DNA from: Alkalispirochaeta sp.
GTDB taxonomy: Bacteria; Spirochaetota; Spirochaetia; DSM-27196; Alkalispirochaetaceae
NCBI GenBank assembly: GCA_965601925.1
Contig: OZ271854.1
Coordinates: 448,001 to 512,000 of the forward strand
Length of the DNA: 64,000 nucleotides
Direction of reading: 5' to 3'
Shown piece by piece: positions 57,301-64,000 of this stretch. Both the position numbers and the translations under genes were made by a program. A model generated the notes under the pieces. That model was not told where the DNA came from. It searched no databases and saw only the letters and a list, made by a program, of their open reading frames with translations. How positions within the stretch are numbered: position 1 is the stretch's first letter; the number at the start of each line of letters is the position of its first letter.

Positions 57301-58696
57301 CGGCACTACACGCCTCGTTCACGATGATATCGGTGACCACTCCGTCGTCCAAAAAGATGACCTTCATGTCCTGTCCGCCGATATCGATGACCGCGGTGAC
57401 CCCCGGTGCCACCGCGCGAGCGGCCTTGGCGTGCGCCACCGTCTCCACGCTGCGATGATCGGCTGCGAGCGCGGCGTGAAAGAGCGGCGCGCCGTATCCG
57501 GTTACGCCGACGCCGACGATCGATATATCGACGCCCGCCTCTGATACGGTGCGCTCCAGCTGTTGCATTCCGCGTCTGAACGTCTGCAGCGGATCGCCGT
57601 GGTTGTGATCGTAGAAGAGATGGCGAACCGTCCCCGTGTCGTCCAGGAGGGCGAACTTGCAGGTCGTCGAGCCCGCATCGACGCCCATCCACAACGCCTC
57701 TCCCGCGGCATCGGTGATATCGGGCTCGGAGGCGCGACGACCGTGACGATCGGAAAATGCCGTCCCCGTATCCCGGTCGCCGAAGAGCGCCGTCTCCGCC
57801 TCGTCACCGCGCTGGTCGACCGTGTCGACCGATTCGACCAGGCGCGAGAGTTTTTCGCTCTCGTATCCGCACGGCTCCTCGTCGAACATCGTACCGGCGG
57901 CGATTGCGGCCCCCAGTGCGACGAAGAGTTCGGGATGTTCGGGACGAACGATCTGGGCGTCGGTTAGCGAGAGAGACTCTTGAAAGACCTCTACCAGGCG
58001 ATGTTGGAACGTCAGCGGTCCGCCGGCAAACAGCACGTCGGGCCTCATCTCCAGGCCGTGGGCCAAGCCGCCCAACGTCTGGCGCACGATGGCGTGGAAA
58101 CATGAGAGGGCGAGGTCCGACTTGGCCGCACCGCCGTTGAGAAGCGGTTGAATATCGGTCTTGGCAAATACACCGCAGCGCCCCGACACGTCGTATACGC
58201 GCGTTGCGCGCCCCGCCTCGTCGTCGAACGCTTCGATGGGAATATCGAGAAGGGCCGCCATCTGATCGATGAAGGCACCGGTCCCGCCGGCGCACACGCC
58301 GTTCATACGCATCGCCGAGGGCTCGGCGACTCCGTCGACGGCGGGTGTAAACGTCACGACCTTGGCGTCCTGACCGCCCAACTCGATCGCGGTACGGACC
58401 TCGGGGTACGATCGTCCCACCGCCGCGGCGAGGGCGGTTACCTCTTGGACGAAAAACGCCCCCAGGCACTCGGCGACCGGCTCCGCACCGCTCCCGCAAA
58501 CGGCGACGCGAAAGGCGTTGCGAGGGAGCGCGGCGTGAGCCGCCGCGAGGAGTTCGGCGGCGGTAGCCCGCTGGCGGGTGTGGTGGCGCGCATAGCGCGA
58601 GAACAGCACGCGATCGCCGGTCGAATCGGTTACAACTATCTTCGCCGTGGTGGACCCGATGTCCAATCCCACATGACTCGTCTCTTTGAAGGCCAT
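54323..58696 (-). CDS. Acyl-CoA dehydratase activase-like protein (two BadF/BadG/BcrA/BcrD ATPase domains plus DUF2229 and HgdD-like region)
   Basis: GLDIGSTTAK / GVDAGSTTCK, ELGGQDAK / DIGGQDMK, CAGGTG / CSAGCG, SFGCGHDA, QPFGCLPNH. Confidence 0.92.
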   Translation of the reverse strand: MAFKETSHVGLDIGSTTAKIVVTDSTGDRVLFSRYARHHTRQRATAAELLAAAHAALPRNAFRVAVCGSGAEPVAECLGAFFVQEVTALAAAVGRSYPEVRTAIELGGQDAKVVTFTPAVDGVAEPSAMRMNGVCAGGTGAFIDQMAALLDIPIEAFDDEAGRATRVYDVSGRCGVFAKTDIQPLLNGGAAKSDLALSCFHAIVRQTLGGLAHGLEMRPDVLFAGGPLTFQHRLVEVFQESLSLTDAQIVRPEHPELFVALGAAIAAGTMFDEEPCGYESEKLSRLVESVDTVDQRGDEAETALFGDRDTGTAFSDRHGRRASEPDITDAAGEALWMGVDAGSTTCKFALLDDTGTVRHLFYDHNHGDPLQTFRRGMQQLERTVSEAGVDISIVGVGVTGYGAPLFHAALAADHRSVETVAHAKAARAVAPGVTAVIDIGGQDMKVIFLDDGVVTDIIVNEACSAGCGSFLESYADTLSVPIGEVASHALRSRSPAKLGSRCTVFMNSSIITEQRRGKSTEDVLAGLCVSVVQNVFEKVVRPHNLAKLGDTIVVEGGTFANDAVLRAAERYLSRDLVRPSYPKHMGAIGAALLGMEAAGSVSWSHGARGRARSIEEFLALSWRREEIEPCSLCANACARTVVRFSNGATHVGGNRCYRGGALSDGTKAIHTEPTTGVNLVALRRRALFEQQEVPSLREAQNFTIGIPRVLDMWETAPFWNALFRTVGFRVVYSRPTTPVQYDRGVTYVSSDTICLPAKIAHGHVEDLLDRSVDAIFLPQMLYGEKESSSASGAHYCAVVQGYPMVLGNMHEPLTRHGKPLLHPIFHWYTRRGRTQQIVSFLEREFGIAPHVAHTAIRHADAALARHRRLLVDAGNDVLARPMANDDFAVVMVGRPYHADRFINHDIPELFARHGVSVLIPEALDGLSRVDLSHTTMENEITFHSRVLATAELVARNAALEMVQIVSFGCGHDAVIADEAAWILKTRAGKVPLMLKVDDGSAAGPLRLRIDSFIETVRERRRGAARPTAPTTPPRYRRRDRSAKTIYVPNLSPAFSRCMTAVLGRRGVRLQTLPLADSRAFELGKRYVHNDICFPAQVNIGEFLACVERGTIDPATSALGLAKNCESCRASQYPAVARRALDAAGLLQVPIVTTGTDTKVWHPGFRFSLADKLGLLWGVTILDELERIARRLRPYEAVAGTVRSCLERGVEAVCNALAVNYRRALDALARAIAAFNAVALDDGVDRKPRVGIVGEILLNYHPTANFDVGGYLERHGMEIVIPDMHLFFRKNPFIDNEVASRGWSSHPLLDRSVASFSERVYDTVRSRVREVGRAFRFDEKVTMIEEIADAARGMIDLTYRGAEGWKIPGEIIAMADHGIESFVIVQPFGCLPNHVTGRGFEKRIKQERPGLNIISLDFDPDTSLGNIENRLQMVIMNEKRKRRVGTSTRDNVSERTTA

Positions 58697-58716
58697 ACTT
58701 AAGCTCCTAGAAGAAC

Positions 58717-58750
58717 TTATGATACTATCAGGGTACCGAAAGTATCATAA
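58717..58750. promoter_or_regulatory. Inverted repeat, probable TetR operator
   Basis: TTATGATACT-14 bp-AGTATCATAA directly upstream of the activase gene. Confidence 0.6.
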
Positions 58751-58823
58751 TTTCACAATAGAAACAGTCAAAAGGCGTAATCGTACCGATTAGTGAGGAC
58801 GTTCGGATGGCTCGGAACGTCCG

Positions 58824-59414
58824 TTATCCCTGACGAACGATACCGAACACGGCGATACTCACGATCATCTCGACGATCTCGCCGTACGTATACGTAGTCA
58901 CCTCGTCCACCGGCGCCGTCGAGAGGCGCTCCACCGCGGCCAAAATGAGGGTCGTTACCACCGAACGGGGGATGTCGTCGCGAAACTCTCCCGTTTGCTG
59001 CCCACGCTCGACGATTGCACCAACATAATCGTCGACGAGGCGGCGCCGAAACGCAACGGCTGATCGATACTTATCGTATCGGTACCGCTCAAGATCGCCC
59101 CAGAAATCGTCGCCGAGACGCGACAGCTCCGAGGCCAGCCGAACGACCAGCATTTTTATCTTCTCTACATTTGACTCGCGGCTCTCTACGACCGAGGCGA
59201 CCCTCGAGGAGACGCGTTCGAAGAACTGATCCATTACCGCGTCGAACAGCGCATTCTTGGAACCGAAGTGTCTGTAGACGGTCGCCTTACCGGTTCCGGC
59301 GCGGACGGCGACCTCCTCCATACCGACACGAGAAAACCCGTTACGGAGAAACAACTCCTCGGCGTGGTCGAGAACTCGATTTCGCGTTCTGGCAACTCGG
59401 TCTGATTGTGTCAC
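58824..59414 (-). CDS. TetR/AcrR-family regulator
   Basis: ELFLRNGF....EEVA.RAG.GKATVYRHF.SK..LF. Confidence 0.93.
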   Translation of the reverse strand: MTQSDRVARTRNRVLDHAEELFLRNGFSRVGMEEVAVRAGTGKATVYRHFGSKNALFDAVMDQFFERVSSRVASVVESRESNVEKIKMLVVRLASELSRLGDDFWGDLERYRYDKYRSAVAFRRRLVDDYVGAIVERGQQTGEFRDDIPRSVVTTLILAAVERLSTAPVDEVTTYTYGEIVEMIVSIAVFGIVRQG

Positions 59415-59554
59415 GGTATGGAAATCTTACATGGAAACCAATCGGAAATCGAGACAACCATACCAAAGGAGCACGAAGACGACAACCGCGCCGCAGCCCG
59501 ACGCCATCGACTATTGCGTTCCCGGCGGCCGTATCACACGTTCCCTGTGCTCCA

Positions 59555-59583
59555 TTGACACCGTCGCGTCGCACGCGTATGCT
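59555..59583 (+). promoter_or_regulatory. Sigma70 promoter of the helicase gene
   Basis: TTGACA-17 bp-TATGCT. Confidence 0.65.
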
Positions 59584-59774
59584 TCGATCTCGTTGATACA
59601 CAACGGTGTTCCCACGTTCGTCGGCCGGCAGGATTGGCTGACACGCCGACGAGAGGAAGACCGTCTGCCTACGGAAATGGTTGCCTGAGGTTCCTGTCCT
59701 GCCCTGATTCCTCCCATAGATCGCCCGTTCCGAACTGCAGCTTCAACAAGTTTTAACACTCAAAGAGGAATCAC

Positions 59775-61043
59775 ATGGATAATCATTTTCTCACGTTGAT
59801 GGAGCCCTTACAGCGGGCGCTCAAAGATAGTGGATTTACCGAACCCACTCCTATTCAAGCTGAGGCTATCCCGACGGCGCTGGCGGGGCACGATATACTG
59901 GGCTGCGCGCAGACGGGGAGCGGCAAGACCGCCGCCTTCAGCCTACCGATCCTCCACCGACTCGCCGAAGAGCGACGCCGCGCGCGCCCCGGCTCACCGC
60001 GCGCGCTCGTCTTGGCGCCGACTCGCGAGCTGGCACACCAAATCGGAGAAGTGTTCGGCGAGTTGGGACGGCACCTTCGTCTACGACGCTTGGTGGTCTT
60101 CGGCGGCGTCGGTAAGCACCCACAGATCAAAAGCCTCGGCCGAGGAGTGGATATTCTCATTGCAACGCCCGGCCGGCTCCTCGATCTCATGAACACCGGG
60201 GACGTGACCTTGCGGGATATCGAGATCGTCGTGCTTGACGAGGCGGACCGCATGTTGGACATGGGCTTTCTTCCCGACGTCAAGCGTATTATCGCCGCCC
60301 TGCCGCAACGCCGACAATCGCTCTTCTTCTCCGCGACGCTCCCGACGGAAGTCGCGGGGCTGGCTGCGAATATGCTCGTCGACCCCACGCGCATCGAAAT
60401 CGAACGGACGATCGAAACGACGCCCCGTATCGATCAGACTCTGTTGTTCGTCGATCGGAGCAACAAGCGCGAGCTGTTGATGAACCTGCTTGCAGAGGGG
60501 AACTGGTCGCGAACGATCGTCTTTACGCGCACCAAGTACGGCGCGCGCAATCTTGAAAAGAGGCTCGCACGCAACGGCCTCTCGGTCGACTCTCTCCACG
60601 GCGACAAATCGCAAACCGCCCGACGCAAGGCACTGGACGGATTCAGCTCCGGGAGGATCGACGTCCTGGTCGCCACCGACATCGCCTCCCGAGGGCTCGA
60701 TGTCGACGATGTGACACACGTCATTAACTACGAGCTGCCTCACGAACCGGAAGTGTACGTGCACCGCATCGGCCGCACGGCGCGAGCAGGTAAAGAGGGA
60801 AGCGCGGTCTCATTTTGCGACACCACCGAGATCAAGCAACTGGTGGACATTGAGAAGCTTCTTAAGGCGCGCGTACCCGTAGATATCGACCACCCATTTC
60901 ATTGCCAGGACGCCCAGCAGGCTCGAAATGTCGTCGACTCGCGCGCCGGAGGGCGTAATCGACGCGGCGGTGGTGGAGCGCCGCGGCCGCGGGGCCGGAA
61001 CACGCGCCGCGGTCGCAACTCGCGTACCGCACCTCGCGCATAG
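59775..61043 (+). CDS. DEAD-box RNA helicase (RhlE-like)
   Basis: Q motif PTPIQ, AQTGSGKT, PTRELA, TPGRL, DEAD, SAT, HRIGRTAR; RG-rich tail. Confidence 0.96.
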   Translation: MDNHFLTLMEPLQRALKDSGFTEPTPIQAEAIPTALAGHDILGCAQTGSGKTAAFSLPILHRLAEERRRARPGSPRALVLAPTRELAHQIGEVFGELGRHLRLRRLVVFGGVGKHPQIKSLGRGVDILIATPGRLLDLMNTGDVTLRDIEIVVLDEADRMLDMGFLPDVKRIIAALPQRRQSLFFSATLPTEVAGLAANMLVDPTRIEIERTIETTPRIDQTLLFVDRSNKRELLMNLLAEGNWSRTIVFTRTKYGARNLEKRLARNGLSVDSLHGDKSQTARRKALDGFSSGRIDVLVATDIASRGLDVDDVTHVINYELPHEPEVYVHRIGRTARAGKEGSAVSFCDTTEIKQLVDIEKLLKARVPVDIDHPFHCQDAQQARNVVDSRAGGRNRRGGGGAPRPRGRNTRRGRNSRTAPRA

Positions 61044-61149
61044 CTTCCGATCGGATCATACGCACCACGCCGGTGCGAAAGGGTGGTCCGATTCCAGATG
61101 CGATCTGTGGGGCGTCGCGCCGTCGTGCGCGGGGTGACGTCGAGCACCG

Positions 61150-61515
61150 TTACTGTTCTCCCCGTCGAAACAGAGAAACGATATCGCGAGCGCTCACCGG
61201 TTTTTTAAGGAATCCTAACGGCGCGAGTGACAGTGCGCGTCTCTCCGTTACGCGATCGGGATAGCCGGTGACAAAGACGATGCGGCAGGACGACACGTCA
61301 CGCATCGCCTCGGCGGCCTGAATACCGTCCATTGCGCCGCCGAGTCGTACATCCATGACGACGACATCGGGGTCGTGTCGGGCGCAGAGCTCGACGGCGC
61401 CCGCTCCGTCGGAGACCGTCGCGAGAACCCGACACCCCAGACGCTTGAGCTCAACCTCAAGGCTCATGGCGATGAATGTCTCGTCCTCAACGATGAGAAC
61501 GCGTTCCTGCGCCAC
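61150..61515 (-). CDS. Single-domain response regulator
   Basis: VLIVEDE, VVMDVRL..MDG, FVTG, FLKKP. Confidence 0.92.
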   Translation of the reverse strand: MAQERVLIVEDETFIAMSLEVELKRLGCRVLATVSDGAGAVELCARHDPDVVVMDVRLGGAMDGIQAAEAMRDVSSCRIVFVTGYPDRVTERRALSLAPLGFLKKPVSARDIVSLFRRGEQ

Positions 61516-61517
61516 GA

Positions 61518-63296
61518 TCAGACCCTCGGCTCGTAGAGACGATCGGGAAAGCGGAGTGAAAACGTGAAGCCGGGCCGCGAGACGATCGAAAGCTCGCCTT
61601 GAAGCTGCTGCTCCGCGAGCGCCCGGATGAGCTGAAAGCCGAGCGTCCGCCGGGTATTGATATCGAACGGCTCTTCCAGCCCGACTCCGTCGTCGGAACA
61701 CGTAAACTGAAAGTGTGCGTCTTCGGAGTACGTCAACACGACGCGTATCGTTCCGGTCCGCGATGGAAAGGCGTGGAGGAACGCATTGGTGACCAGCTCA
61801 TTCAACAAGAGACCGAAGGGAACGGCGGTATCGATCAGAAAGCGACCATCGTCGATTTCGGTGACGATTCGCACTCTCCGAGCCACCTCGGGATGGAAAT
61901 CGCGAATGCGATCCAAGCACGATTCGACGTACCCTCGGCACGGAATACGACTCAAGTCTTTGGCGCTGTAGAGCAACTCTTGTACCGCCGCCATACCCAT
62001 GATGCGTTGCTCGGTGCGTCGCACGATGTCACGGACCGCGTCGCTGTCCGGCGCGGCGCCGGCCTGTAGTACGAGCATCGCCCGAATCATCTGAAGGATA
62101 TTGTTCGTACGGTGGTAGAGCTCTCTGATCAGCACCTCTTTCTCCGATAGGGATTGCTTGAGGCTATTGTCGGCCTCGATACGCTCGGTAACGTCTCGCT
62201 GAATGATCGAGAGTCCGCCCTCAAAGGGATATGCAAACACGTCGTAGAATCGCGTCGCGTCGCCCTCGACACGTCGAAGGAGGTGGTGACGGGGCGCCGC
62301 CAGGCGTATCGTTTCTTGGAGAAACAGGTCGAACGGAGAGCCTCGATCCTCGGGGAGAACGTCAAAGAGCGGACGCGTGACGGCGGAGGCCGCCGACACC
62401 CCGTTCCCCTCGGACGCTGCATTCCAGTAGGTAATGTCGAACCGGTCGTCGATTGAGAAAAAAATGTCCTGAATACTCTCGGCCAAGTGGCGGTATCGCT
62501 CATCGGAACGGCGCGCCGTCTCTTTGTGACGATCTACCTCGCGAATCAATTGCCTGTGCGGCAGAACGAATAGATCGATGAAGACGAACGCCTCGGCGGC
62601 GTATCGGCGAAATCGGGCTCGAAACACCATTAAGAATGCGAACAGAGGAATGCTGAACGAGGCGGCCAGGACGACTTTTCCCGGCAAGCCGCCGAAGACC
62701 GTCTCTACGATCTCGCGACGAAACCCAAAGGCGATCAACGGGAAGGCGACCCCGTCGAAGCATATCAAGACGACGTATATTGCGATAAAACACAACGCCA
62801 ACACGGTTAGGTTTTGAATCCGCGCCTTGAGAAGATCGAAGAGATAGAGCACGGCCAAAAGCTCTACGATGATGAGCAGCTCTCCCAAGAGCATGAGCCC
62901 CAGAGAGACGGAAAAGACCTCCCCGGATACTCCGAAGGGGTTGATTATCGCATCATTGCCGAGGACGCCGACCAACAAACTGAATAGGAAGAAGACGAAA
63001 ACATTGACGGTGATGACCAAGCGGACGACATAGCGGATATTCACCACGCGGTTGTCGACGATCACCAGCACGATAGCGGTCATCATAAAGGCGGCGTACG
63101 CGATATTGCCGCCCGACACGTTGCCCCCTACGGCAAGGGGAAAGGAGTAGATCGCGCCGAGAAATCCACCGAAGGAGAGGACGATACCCAGATATACGTA
63201 AAACGGCAACGTACCGAAGCGTTTGTATAAACCGACGAAGTAAAAAGGAAACGCCGAGTACAACACGATGTTAGCGACGAACAGCGCCAATGTCAT
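61518..63296 (-). CDS. Membrane PAS sensor histidine kinase (HisKA_2 type)
   Basis: About 7 TM helices, PAS, ELYHRTNNILQ, NELVTNA..HAF, DDGVG, TLG..LI. Confidence 0.9.
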   Translation of the reverse strand: MTLALFVANIVLYSAFPFYFVGLYKRFGTLPFYVYLGIVLSFGGFLGAIYSFPLAVGGNVSGGNIAYAAFMMTAIVLVIVDNRVVNIRYVVRLVITVNVFVFFLFSLLVGVLGNDAIINPFGVSGEVFSVSLGLMLLGELLIIVELLAVLYLFDLLKARIQNLTVLALCFIAIYVVLICFDGVAFPLIAFGFRREIVETVFGGLPGKVVLAASFSIPLFAFLMVFRARFRRYAAEAFVFIDLFVLPHRQLIREVDRHKETARRSDERYRHLAESIQDIFFSIDDRFDITYWNAASEGNGVSAASAVTRPLFDVLPEDRGSPFDLFLQETIRLAAPRHHLLRRVEGDATRFYDVFAYPFEGGLSIIQRDVTERIEADNSLKQSLSEKEVLIRELYHRTNNILQMIRAMLVLQAGAAPDSDAVRDIVRRTEQRIMGMAAVQELLYSAKDLSRIPCRGYVESCLDRIRDFHPEVARRVRIVTEIDDGRFLIDTAVPFGLLLNELVTNAFLHAFPSRTGTIRVVLTYSEDAHFQFTCSDDGVGLEEPFDINTRRTLGFQLIRALAEQQLQGELSIVSRPGFTFSLRFPDRLYEPRV

Positions 63297-63435
63297 ACGG
63301 GCTAACTTCCTTCGTCTCCGTTGTTCTCAAGTGTATCGTCTGGGGATCGAAACTTCAAAAGGGTCGGCAAAAAAGATGCGGACCGGTGCGCTCGCGCCCG
63401 CACATCGAGGCGACCGTCAGTTCGGGAAAAAAGAG

Positions 63436-64000
63436 CTACAGGCTCGTCGAACGCCGCACGGCGAGGCGCATCTCGATCTCGATCTCGGTAGGGGGCGAGT
63501 GAGGGTGGGCAAGCCGACGCCGCGCGAGCTCGTACAACTTCTCGGCCATCTCACGATTGGAGTATGAGACGGTCGTCAACGGCACCACCATCTTCTCCGG
63601 GCTGATTGAATCGTCGAAGCACGCCAAGGCCACGTCCTCCGGAATACTCAAGCCGCCGTGGTGGAGCGCATTCACCGCGCCCATTGCCATCTCTTCGTTA
63701 TAAAACAGGATGCTCCGCGGTACCGTGCCGCGCTCGATCATCGATTGCGTCGCGTCGTAGCCGCCCTTATACGTCGGATCGGCCTGAAAGACGTTGTCAA
63801 AATCGATCGTGCAGTGTCCGTCGATGTGCACGTCGCAATAACCGCGGAAGCGTCCCGTCTTTTCGACCGACTCGTCGGACCCGGAGACGAAGCCCACCGG
63901 CGGGCCTAAGGTATCCAAAAGATGGGCGGTCACGATGCGCGATCCGGCGCGCATGTCGGGATGAACGTTGTCGATCCCGATGCCCGAGGCGTGGCTTCCG
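63436..64000 (-). CDS. LacI-family regulator, substrate-binding domain (5' end outside window)
   Basis: Frame open to the window edge; NEEMAMGA, IPEDVAL..FDD, PLTTV, L.VRRST. Confidence 0.88.
   Translation of the reverse strand, partial: GSHASGIGIDNVHPDMRAGSRIVTAHLLDTLGPPVGFVSGSDESVEKTGRFRGYCDVHIDGHCTIDFDNVFQADPTYKGGYDATQSMIERGTVPRSILFYNEEMAMGAVNALHHGGLSIPEDVALACFDDSISPEKMVVPLTTVSYSNREMAEKLYELARRRLAHPHSPPTEIEIEMRLAVRRSTSL

Overview
GC-rich bacterial chromosomal window, probably from a free-living spirochaete (inferred from protein style, not proven). The main block is a complete type I-C CRISPR-Cas locus (5.3-17.0 kb): array 1 (17 spacers), cas3, a mazEF toxin-antitoxin pair, an AT-rich 550-bp intergenic region, cas5c-cas8c (with an internal cas11 start)-cas7c-cas4-cas1-cas2, and array 2 (18 spacers). 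The strongest signal lies in the mazF-cas5 intergenic region. It holds a solitary degenerate CRISPR repeat (10095-10122) followed by a short spacer and a terminator hairpin. The spacer matches a sigma70 promoter 260 bp upstream, next to a perfect TTC PAM, and its first 17 nt mismatch only at positions 6 and 12. This is a candidate Cascade-guided transcriptional repressor RNA (CreA/CreR-like) beside a protein toxin-antitoxin module. The rest of the window holds lipB, a degenerate YmdB, Hsp20, a 9-repeat surface lipoprotein, typA, an adenylate cyclase operon and tRNA-Leu(CAG). It also holds a GntR-controlled sugar-acid catabolic cluster (Tct transporter, DhaKL, PdxA2, HPS-like, AKR), lgt, a heme-c MCP, a PTS-EIIA/diadenylate cyclase fusion with an EIIA-fused permease, a CoA-activase, a DEAD-box helicase and a histidine kinase with a VUT/YhhQ-like membrane domain. 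All calls come from reading the sequence and recalled motifs; no searches were run.
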